The notes under the pieces are model-generated. The model was not told the DNA's origin, did not search any database, and saw nothing but the letters and a program-made list of their open reading frames with translations. Source: Malacoraja senta (taxonomy: Eukaryota). Taken from it: a stretch of 64,000 nucleotides of DNA. The stretch is from positions 15,872,001-15,936,000 of the forward strand of contig CM075982.1 of assembly GCA_038087875.1 (NCBI GenBank), written 5' to 3'. Positions 26,896 to 37,997 of this stretch are shown one piece after another; positions within the stretch are counted from its first letter, which is position 1, and each line of letters opens with the position of its first letter. The position numbers and the translations under genes are program-made.

Positions 26896-28701
26896 CAGTT
26901 CAAAGACAAGTGGGAGTCAAATCTGAGTTTGAACCATGGCTGAGTAATTCAGCATCGTTCCTATGGCTGAACTTCAGTACCGTTTGCAAAGGGGGAATTA
27001 CTACAAACAATCGATTTTCGTTTGGGTGGAAATGCATGTGAGAAGAGTCGACTGAAAGATGATCTCCATTTCCATGAATGAAGATTAGGAGATGTTGAAG
27101 AATTAGAGAGAAGGTTAAAAAAAAGTCCATGACCGGATATGAAATTGGCTGCTGCAGAAATTGTTGTTGCTGAGCCTGAACGTTCTTTAAAAGCACCAGT
27201 GATGGGTTCTGGAAAAAAAAAGTTTGGAGACGAGTAGGAAAGTAGGAAAGGATTCATAGCGAGTACGTCAGCAGCCTTGCTGGCCCCATGCCCCGTCTAT
27301 GGTTTGACATTGCATGACTGGAAATTATGTGGAGGTGTTCTGCAGTTAGAAGTTCAAGAATGCAAAGATTTCATTAGACTCCTTGCCTGGCAAAATGAAA
27401 TACTCAATCAAAATCCCACATTGGATTCCAGTCAGACAGGGTGTTTGTTTTCTCCACACTTCTGGCAGGGTACCAAACTACCAAGATGTGGGTTGACAGA
27501 TTCTGTACAAAGGCTGTATTATTCATATTGCAACAGTGTTGGAAGAAGCATTTTGACAGGGAAGGAAGAGATGCAATTTAAATTGATACCATTTTAAAAG
27601 TAGCACAGGAACAGCATGAAACTTGAAACCTGCAGGAGCGCTTAACAAGGCTGTTGAAAAGCACAGACCCATGGTTTAATTAATAAGAGGCACAGTGAAC
27701 AAATACTGTTGTCTTCATTTCTGTGCACCATGTTCAAGGTCAAAGAGATGATGAAGGGATTTATTAGCGGGGATGAGAGACTTCAGTTATGTAATGAAAT
27801 TGGAGACGATGGTGTTCACTTGAGAGCAGAGACAATCAAGGGTGGATTTGACAGGAGTGCTCAAATCATGAACACTTTTCATTGAGTAAATAAACAGAAA
27901 ATGTTTCCAGTGATCACCGAGCTTGTTATCAGAGAATACAGACTTCAAGTGGCTGGCAAAAGGATGAGATGTGACACTTTCTCAGGCAGTTGTTTGGAGT
28001 GGATAAATAATGAAAGGAGGAAAATACAACAAGCCAAGGGGAACGGGAAGGGGTGTGGGACCAGCTGAAAGATGCCAAGGCCTGGTGAGCTAATTGGTCT
28101 CACCCCCAATATATGGTTATTCGGTATTTCGAAGCCTCCTGACATATGGGGTGGAGGGGTTCCTTAAACGTCATGATATTCATGATATTCAGCTTGATCA
28201 GATGAAGCCAGGAATTTGAATGAATGAATGAATTGGCCAAGTATTCACATACAAGGAATTTGCCTTGGTGCTCCACCCGCAAGTGACAACATGACCTACA
28301 GTGACAGTGAGGATTTGTTCCCACAATGAAAGCAGGTGGCGTTGTGCTGCTGAAGTTCATTTAAGTTCGTGCAGACTGGTTCTGTCCGCATCTCTGGGTG
28401 CCATTGACTGAGGACATTTGGCCCATCTATTTTGGCTGGATTTTCATTTTCCCTGCCAGCATTTTCTCTTATGTAAAACTTCCCCAAATATTAAAAATAT
28501 TTTTAAAAAATAGGAAAACAGCCTGCTGTGAGATTTTCAACTTCATTGGTCAGTTCATCACAAAATACTGACCTCCCCTTCATCGAAGTCACTGCCTCAA
28601 AAAGGCAGCCAGCGTCATCCGAGACACACACCATTGTGGCTACACTCTCGTTTCTCTCCTGTCATGGGGAAGAAGGTGTAGGGGCCTGAAAACTATTACA
28701 T

Positions 28702-31700
28702 TGTAGCAGGGACTCGCAGGAGTCCACCTAAAAACTAGTCGGACACGGGTTGCGTGCACTAGACGTGTTTATTCTCTCCAATACAGCTCCCTACTCTCTC
28801 CAGGTCCTGGGCGTTGCCCGGCCTTAAATACCAACTCAGGTACCGACCCAATGACTAGCGCCTCCCACACCAAGACACCGCCCTCGAGAGCCGATGGTTC
28901 GTTGTGCCCTTGGGTTGCCACCAGGTGCCGCCACATGACCCCCCCCCCCCCAGAACCAGAGGCACTGAACCGGACGGGACGCCGAACGAGGTGGCCCGAA
29001 TGCGTAGATACAATCCCACGCCCTGGGGGCTTGCTTGGTTCGGAAGAATCTCCGGGAGCCCGGGACGGCGGACGCCTGCGATGGTGCGTTTGAGCCACAT
29101 GGACTGGCTCGCTCAGGTCCAAGTGGGCCGGTTTCAAACGAGCCACAGACACCGTTTCACGCCGGCCGTCCAAATCGAATGTAGTAGGCCCGTGCCGCAG
29201 CACGCGAAAGGGACCTTCATACGGGCGCTGCAAGGGCGACCTGTGGGAGTCACGGCGAAGAAAAACGGATGTGCAGCCCATCAGCGGCAGTGGCACATGG
29301 GAAGGGACCACTCCATGAAGCGACGTTGGGATGGGAGACAGGGCGCTGACCCTCTCCCCCGAGTGGATCAGCACGGATGACGGGGGTTCCTGAGACCCAT
29401 CTGTGGCAGGGACAAACTCCCCGGGGACGGTGAGCGGAGCACCATACACCAACTCCGCGGAGGACGATGACAGATCGTCCTTGAGGGCCGTCCGAATACC
29501 CAACAGGACCCATGGCAACTCGTCCATCCACCCAGGGCCTGTGAGACGAGCCTTCAGGGCAGCCTTCAGACGGAAGTTGAACCTCTCCACCAACCCATTT
29601 GACTGGGGATGGTACGATGTCGAGTGGTGGAGCTGCGTCCCCAACAGGCGGGCCATGGCGGACCACAGTTCGGACATGATGTGAAGTGGATCCCCAAAGC
29701 GGGCAATCCAAGTTACCACGAGGGCACGACCGAGTTGAAGTGTCCGTGAGCGAGATGGCCTCCAGCCACCGCGTAAAATGGTCCACCACAATAAGCAGGT
29801 GCAAAACACTCTGGGACGTAGCCAGTGGCCCCACGATGTCCACGTGCACGTGATCGAACCGCCGGCGTGGCACTGTGAAGTCTTGAACGGGCGCCCGGAC
29901 GTGTCGATGCACCTTCGAAGTCTGGCATAGGATGCATGCCCGGGCCCAGTGAGCGAGCTGCTTCCGAAGTCTGTGCCACATAAATCTTGCGGCCACCATG
30001 GCGACCGTGGCCCGGATAGATGTGTGGGCCAGTCCACGGATCACCCCAAACACACGACGGCGCCAGGCCACCGGAACGATAGGCCTCAGCTGATCTTTGG
30101 ATACGTCGCAGAGGATGGAACCCGAGGGACCCAACGGCACATCCTCAAGCACCAAGCCAGAGATCGCGGTGCAGTACGCCGGCATCTCATCGTCCACCAG
30201 CTGGGCCGCCGTCAAGGCGGAGTAATCTATTCCTGAGGCCGGGTTAAGCATGGCTACAATTGCTGGACGGGACAAAGTATCCGCCACTAGATTGCATATC
30301 CCGGCGATGTATCGGACGTCCGTTGTATACTCCGAAATAGCCACCGTAGCCATCCGCGGACCAAGGATCTGAAACCTTTGCAAAAGCAAACGTGAGGGGC
30401 TTGTGGTCCGTGAAGGCTATGAATGAACTGCCCTCGAGGAAGTACCAGAAGTGCCGCACTGCGAGGTGTAAGGCGAGCAACTGCTGGTCGAAAGCGTTGT
30501 GGCGTTGCTCCGCAGCTCTCAGGTGATGGCGAAAGAAGGCGAGAGGCCGCCAATGGCCGTTAACCGACTGTTCCAAAACGCCGCCGACCGCAGTCCGATG
30601 CATCCATGGTAAGGGCTGTGGGGGCGCCGGCCGACGGATGCATGAGCATAGTCGCCCGAGCCAAGGCCTCCTTCGTCCCTTTAAACGCGGCCGTGGCAAC
30701 AGTGTCCCCCTGTATCTCCCGTTGCTTGCCCGTCAGCGACTGGAAAAGCAGCCGCAAAAGTTTGGCAGACACTGGAACGAACCGGTGGTAAAATGCGACC
30801 ATCCCTCCGAACTCCCAGAGGCCACTTACAGTAGCAGGCCGCTGGAACTGGCGGATTGCCTCAACCCTGTCCGGCTGAGGCACTGCTCCGTGCTGTGTCA
30901 CCCGATGCCCCAGGAAGTTGAAGGCCGAAGGCCGAACTGGCACTTGCCAGGGTTAATTACGAGGCCATGGTCACTGAGGCGCTGGAAGAGTAGACGCAGG
31001 TGGGCGCAGTGTTCCTCTCGCGAGCGATTTGCCACGAGGATGTGGTCCAAGTAGACAAACAGGAAGTAAAGCCCGTGCACCACGGTGTCCATCAGGCACT
31101 GAAAAGCCTGCACGGCGTTCTTGAGGCCGAAGAGCATCCGCGGGAACTCGAACTACCCAAACTGGGTGATAATTGCCGTCTTGGGGGCATCCTCCGGTTG
31201 CACGGGGATCTGGTGATATCCCCGGACTAGGTCGATCTTAGAGAAGAACCTAGCTCCGGCCAGATGTGCTGAGAAATCCTGTATGTGGGGAATAGGGTAA
31301 CGGTCAGCGGTCGTGGCCTCGTTAAGGTGGCGGTAGTCCCCGCACGGCCTCCAGCCGCCGGATACCTTCGGCACCATGTGCAGTGGGGAAGCCCATGGGC
31401 TGTTGGAGCGTCGAACGATTCCCATGGCCTCCATAATCCGAAACTCCACCTTTGCTATGAGGAGCTTGTCAGGAGTGGGCCTGCGGACGCGGGCGTAGAG
31501 CGGTGGATCCGATGTCAGAATATGGTGTATGACACCGTGCCTCAGGCTGGCGAAGCCGAACTTGGGGGTGACAATGTCCGGAAACTCAGCCAGTACCTGG
31601 GCGTAGACATTGCCCACCGTCGCTACGGGATTGCTGACCATCGCGGTGGGCGCAGTACAACGCAAGGAGATCTTCTCAAAAGTTGACGCGTGGATGAGAT

Positions 31701-33047
31701 GTTGGCCCACGTCCACAAGGTGCCCACAAGAAATCTGCGCCCAGCAGCGGCTGGACCACGTCCTCGTTGATGAAAGAATGGGCAGGTGAAATGGCACGCG
31801 CCCAAAATGATGGGAACCGTGCGGATGCCATATGTGTGGATCGAACTGCCATTCGCAGCAATTAACGAGGGGCCCCTCTTACCAGCACAAAGGTCGAGTC
31901 CAGATGGGGGCAATACGCTGACATCCGCCCCGGTGTCCACCAAGAACCTGAGCCCCGAGCGCCGGTCCCAGACATAGAGTCGCTGGATCCTGCTGGCCAC
32001 CGTGGTGACTATCGGCAGCCAGCGCTGCCGTTTCCTGGAAACTAACATGGCTGGCGGCATTGGCGGGCTGCTGAACCCCAGTGTGGGTGGTAAAAACCCC
32101 ACATCCTTTTCCTTGGATCTCCTGGGTCCTGCTCAGCCATCCTCCTCTCCTGTGCCACTTGTCTTGTCTGTGGCTCTTGTGGGCGTGGTCATGGGTCGCT
32201 GGGCCTGCCAGGGCGTTGAATCAATCCGGCCCAGCAATTCTGGGGACTCCAGCGGTTCCAGGTCTCCCAGCGCGCCCACCTGCTGCTGGTCGGAAATCCA
32301 CAGCTCATCAGCGCTGCAGTTAGGTAAATTCAAAGTGCGGGCAGGGCTGATGATCGCCCATGAGCATGAGCATCTCGCTCATGAGGGCCGAGGGCATCTG
32401 AGTCCCTGAGCCCTCCCATGTTGAGGACCTGAGCAGCTCCTTGAGGCCTGTGTACTACCCGCCGCCGGCAGATTATCCAGGTAACGATACAACGATACAA
32501 CGATACAAGTTATTTGTTGTCATTTGAACAGAAATTTGGTTTCTGCAGTCATACAAACAAGAAAATGAAAGGAATGACCCGACCGGCCGTCTGCTGGTCA
32601 AAGGCACTTACCACATAGTGGTAACGAGTCTCGTCAGCCATGACGCCGCGAATGAAGAATTGGGACTCGGCCTGTCGAGGTCGAGAATGTAGGCAGCTTC
32701 AGGGAGACCGCATTGAGTTCGGCCACGTCTGCCTCGTAGGTGGTAGTGGCAAAATGCTTTTTTTTTCCAAATTTCCCTTCCAGGATTACACTCCTGGGTG
32801 TCAGGGTCATCATTGTAGCGGGGACTCGCAGGAGTCCAGCCAAAAACTAGTCGGACACGAGTTGTGTGCACTAGACGTGTTTATTCTCTCCAATACAGCT
32901 CCCTACTCCCTCCAGGTCGCAGGCGTTGCCCGGCCTTAAATACCAACTCAGGTACCGACCCAGTGATTAGCACCTCCCACACCAAGACACCACCCTCCAG
33001 AGCCAATGGTTTGTTGTGCCCTTGGGTTGCCACCAGGTGCCGCCACA
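28702..33047 (-). mobile_element. Full-length decayed Ty3/Gypsy LTR retrotransposon
   Basis: 234-bp TG...CA LTRs at 28702-28935 and 32814-33047. PPT G-run next to 28935. PBS remnant tgatgaccctgac (tRNA-Trp-like). Gag AVSLKLPTF; PR FLVDTGADVS; [32 protein letters not shown]; RH FTDHKPL; INT HVDIVGPL, YHPQSNGLVER, GPF. Confidence 0.96.
28960..32740 (-). pseudogene. Gypsy gag-pol, frameshifted; gag interrupted by a short retroposon tail (about 32484-32573)
   Basis: Domain order PR-RT-RH-INT spread over ORFs 31623..32102, 31153..31797, 30898..31137, 30560..30943, 30244..30699, 29250..30389 and 28769..30037. Confidence 0.92.
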
Positions 33048-34287
33048 ATGTCCAGGTTCAGGAGCAGCTTTTTCTCAACGACCGTCAGAATCTGAATCAG
33101 ATGGGAGAGTCGTCATTGCACTGTGTTGGAACAAGGATAAAAGTGGGGACAGCCCAAATTATTATACAAGAAAGTATCTTGGAAAACTTGAACCTAATTT
33201 TTTTTAATTTTAATTTTTGTGTTGGCTGCTAAAAATTAAACGCTACAACCTCCAACTAAGCTCCGAACTGCATAGACTTGAGGATAATTGTTTTGTCTAA
33301 GCTCTATTTTTGTTTGCTTGTCTTTTTTATATATATACTGAACTTCTTTTGTGTAGGAGATGCTGCAGATGCTGGTTTACATTGAAGATAGTCACAAAAT
33401 GCTGGAGTAACTCTGCGGGGCAGGCACCATCTCTGGATAGAAGGAATGGGTGATGTTTCAGGCCGAGTGATCAGCCATGATCATATTGAATGGCAGTGCT
33501 AGCTCAAAGGGCCGAATGGCCTACTCTGCACCATAGAGTTTTCTATGTTTACTCGTCCATACTAATCCTAGTTTCCAGCGTTTGGCCCATTGTGTTCCAT
33601 GCATTGGTGATTCAAGTGCTCATTTCAATGCTACTTAAACTTTGCAAGAACCTCTCCTTTAGACAGTGCGTTCCAGTTCCCAATCATCCTCTGACTGAAA
33701 ATATTTTCCTTTGCACTCCCTGAAAACCCCCTAGCCCTTATCCTAAACCTCTCATGCTGCGTTTAGCATCTCTTCTCTGAGGAAAGGGTTCTTACTATCT
33801 ACCCTATCTATAACCATATAACCATATAACCATTACAGCACGGAAACAGGCCATCTCGGCCCTTCAAGTCCGTGCCGAACACTTTTTTTCTTTCTTTTTT
33901 TAAAATTACTTCCCCCCTAGTCCCATCTTCCTGCACTCAGACCATAACCCTCCATTCCTTTCCCGTCCATATACCCATCCAATCTATATTTAAAGGATAG
34001 AATCGAACCTGCCTCCACCAATTCCACTGGAAGCTCATTCCACACAGCTACCACTCTCTGAGTAAAGAAGTTCCCCCTAATGTTACCCCTAAACTTCTGT
34101 CCCTTAATTCTCAAGTCATGTCCCCTTGTTTAAATCTTCCCTACTCTCAATGGGAAAAGCTTATAGAAACATAGAAACATAGAAAATAGGTGCAGGAGTT
34201 GGCCATTCGGCCCTTCGAGCCTGCACCGCCATTCAATATGATCATGGCTGATCATCCAACTCAGTATCCTGTACCTGCTTTCTCTCC

Positions 34288-34601
34288 TGGAGGGCCGTGG
34301 AGTTTGAACCGGATTCAGCCGCGGGACTGACTTACCATCACCCGGCGGGGTCACAACATCAGAAGCCTGGATCGCCACAGCGCAGTGGGAGAACAAAGAG
34401 GGAAGAGACAGAGACTTTAAGACTTTTGCCTCCATCACAGTGAGGAGGTGTCTGGTGAACTCACTGTGGTGGATGTTAATTTGTGTTTATTGTGTGTTTT
34501 GTTATTTATTATATGTATGACTGCAGGCAACGAAATTTCGTTCAGACCGAAAGGTCTGAATGACAATAAAGGAATCTAAATCCAAAAAAAAAATCTAAAA
34601 A
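34288..34601 (+). mobile_element. GC-rich hairpin retroposon (5'-truncated) inserted in a CR1 3' UTR
   Basis: Interrupts CR1 ttctctcc|ataccccc with tcc duplicated. Hairpin 34428-34476; tail ttcagaccgaaaggtctgaa-tgacaataaa. Confidence 0.8.
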
Positions 34602-37070
34602 TCCATACCCCCTGATCCCTTTAGCCACAAGGGCCACATCTAACTCCCTCTTAAATATAGCCAATGAACTGGCCTCAACTACCTTCTGTGGCACAGAATT
34701 CCAGAGATTCACCACTCTGTGTGAAAAATGTTTTCCTCATCTCGGTCCTAAAAGATTTCCCCCTTATCCTTAAACTGTGACCCCTTGTTCTGGACTTCCC
34801 CAACATCGAGAACAATCTTCCTGCATCTAGCCTGTCCAACCCCTTAAGAATTTTGTACGTTTAGAAGATTGAGATCCCCCCTCAATCTTCTAAATTCTAG
34901 CGAGTACAAACCGAGTCTATCCAGTCTTTCTTCATATGAAAGTCCTGACATCCCAGGAATCCGTCTGGTGAACCTTCTCTGTACTCCCTCTATGGCAAGA
35001 ATGTCTTTCCTCAGATTAGGAGACCAAAACTGTACGCAATACTCCAGGTGTCGTCTCACCGAGACCCTGTACAACTGCAGTAGAACCTCCCTGCTAATAC
35101 ACTCAAATCCTTTTGCTATGAATGCTAACACACCATTCACCTTTTTCACTGCCTGCTGCACCTGCATGCCTACTTTCAATGACTGGTGTACCATGACACC
35201 CAGGTCTCGTTGCATCTCCCCTTTTCCTAATCGGCCACCATTCAGATAATAGTCTACTTTCCTATTATTGCCACCAAAGTGGATAACCTCACATTTATCC
35301 ACATTATACTGCATCTGCCATGCATTTGCCCACTCACCCAGCCTATCCAAGTCACCTTGCAGCCTCCGAGCATCCTCCTCACAGCTAACACTGCCCCCCA
35401 GCTTCGTGTCATCCGCAAACTTGGAGATGTTGCATTCAATTCCCTCATCCAGTTCATTAATATAAATTGTAAATAGCTGGGGTCCCAGCACTGAGCCTTG
35501 CGGTACCCCACTAGCCACTGCCTGCCATTGTGAAAAGGACCCGTTTACTCCCACTCTTTGCTTCCTGTTTGCCAGCCAGTTCTCTATCCACATCAATACT
35601 GAACCCCCAATACCGTGTGCTTTAAGTTTGTATAGTAATTTCTTATGTGGGACCTTGTCGAGAGCCTTCTGAAAGTCCAGATACAACACATCCACTGGTT
35701 CTCCCCTATCCACTCTACTAGTTACATCCTCGAAAAATTCTATAAGATTCGTCAGACATGATTTACCTTTCATAAATCCATGCTGACTTTGTCCAATGAT
35801 TTCACCACTTTCCAAATGTGCTGCTATCCCATCTTTAATAACTGAGTCTAGCAGTTTCCCCACTACCGAAGTTAGACTAACTGGTCTGTAATTCCCCGTT
35901 TTCTCCCTCCCTCCCTTCTTAAAAAGTGGGGTTACGTTTGCTACCCTCCAATCCTCAGGAACTACTCCAGAATCTAAAGAGTTTTGAAAAATTATCACTA
36001 ATGCATCCACTATTTCTGGAGCTACTTCCTTAAGTACTCTGGGATGCAGCCTATCTGGCCCTGGTGATTTATCGGCCTTTAATCCATTCAATTTACCCAA
36101 CACCACTTCCCGACTAACCTGGATTTCACTCAGTTCCTCCATCTGCTTTGACCCGCGGTCCCCTGCTATTTCCGGCAGATTATTTATGTCTTCCTTAGTG
36201 AAGACGGAACCAAAGTAGTTATTCAATTGGTCCGCCATATCCTTGTTCCCCGTGATCAATTCACCTGTTTCTGACTGCAAGGGACCTACATTTGTTTTAA
36301 CTAATCTCTTTCTCTTCACATATCTATAAAAACTTTTGCAGTCAGTTTTTATGTTCCCTGCCAGTTTTCTTTCATAATCTATTTTCCCTTTCCTAATTAA
36401 GCCCTTTGTCCTCCTCTGCTGGACTCTGAATTTCTCCCAGTCCTCTGGTAGACTGCTTTTTCTGGCTAATTTGTGCGCTTCATCTTTTGTTTTGCTACTA
36501 TCCCTGATTTCCCTTGTTATCCATGGATGCACTACCTTCCCTGATTTATTTTTTTGCCAAACTGGGATGAACAATTGTTGTAGTTCATCCATGCAGTCTT
36601 TAAATGCCTTCCATTGCATATCTACCGTCAACCCATTAAGAAGCAATTGCCAGTCTATCTTGGCCAATTCACTTCTCATACCCTCAAAGTTACCTTTCTT
36701 TAAGTTCAGGACCCTTGTTTCTGAATTAACAATGTCACTCTCCATCCTAATGAAGAACTCAACCATATTATGGTCACTCTTGCCCAAGGGGCCACGCACA
36801 ACAAAACTGCTAACTAACCCTTCCTCATTACTCAATACTCAATCTAGAATAGCCTGCTCTCTCGTTGGTTCCTCTACATGTTGGTTTAGAAAACTATCCC
36901 GCATACATTCCAAGAAATCCTCTTCCTCAGCACCCCTGCCAATTTGATTCACCCAATCTATATGTATATTGAAGTCACCCATTATAACTGTTTTACCTTT
37001 GTTGCACACATTTCTAATTTCCTGTTTGATGCCATCCCCAACTCCACTACTACTGTTAGGTGGCCTGTAC

Positions 37071-37997
37071 CAATTACCAATTACCAATTACCAAGCACTT
37101 TATTTGTCCCCGAGGGGCAATTTAAACAAACAATACATTTAATCTGCACCGACCGGTCGACCGCATGAGCAGCGACCCGGCAATGGATTGGGTTGTCAGC
37201 AGCGATACAATAAAAAAGAACACACAAAAGGTAACACAAACATCCACCACAGCATTCATCACTGTGGTGGAAGGCACAAAAATTTGGCCAGTCCTCCTCC
37301 ATTTCCCCCCCGTGGACAGGACCAGAGTCCAAGTCAGTCCAGGATCGGCTCTTCCTCACCGGAGACCGCGGCTTTAGATTGTTGTGGGCCGCAGGCCGGC
37401 GGTCAAGATTTAAAGTTCCCTGCCGCAGCCAGAAGCACCGTAGACTGCAGGGCCGGCGGTCGAAGCTCCCCTCCAGGGGTGATGGTAAGTCCATGCCGGC
37501 CCCGCGGTAGAAGTTGGCCGCGGGCCGGCAATGATGGCTTCTTCTTCTTCCCCCGGGTCCCCCACGAGGGATCCCGGGCTGTAGACGCCGCACCAGCTGG
37601 AGCTTTGCAGACCGCGGCTTCAGACTGCGACTTCAGGCTGCCGGCTGCCCCGGGCCAGCGAAACGGAGCGCTCCCCTCCCCTCCAGCGAGCCCCAGCGAG
37701 GGTTCACCCGCTCCATGCCGAGAGTCCACGCTGCGCCCGCCGCTGAAGCCCGGGCACGTCTCCGGGAAAGGCCGCGCCGATCCTTGATGTTAGGCCACGG
37801 GGGAGGCGACCTGGAAAAAGTCGCCTCTCCATGGAGGAGGCGACCGAAGCGGTTTCCCCCTTACCCCCCCACACCACCCCCCACACAAGACATACAAAGA
37901 AACATTAATTACACACTTTAAAACATACTAAAAATAAAAAATAAAGTTGAAAAAACTGACGCACTGCTGACATGGCTGCTGCCAGAGCAGCGCCCCC
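37071..37997 (-). mobile_element. GC-rich hairpin retroposon, probably full length, inserted in the CR1 endonuclease domain
   Basis: Interrupts ctgtac|acaac (compare 61729-61740) with tac duplicated. Hairpin 37240-37275; Rex1-like end aattgcccctcggggacaaataaagt + (ggtaatt)n. Confidence 0.8.

Noticed and set aside
34844-36835. Functional host gene or active RT
   Set aside because: CR1 ORF2 whose endonuclease is split by an insertion and whose C-terminus is frameshifted.
37188-37787. 199-aa and overlapping ORFs in the GC-rich insert
   Set aside because: No recognisable domain; open frames are expected from high GC content.
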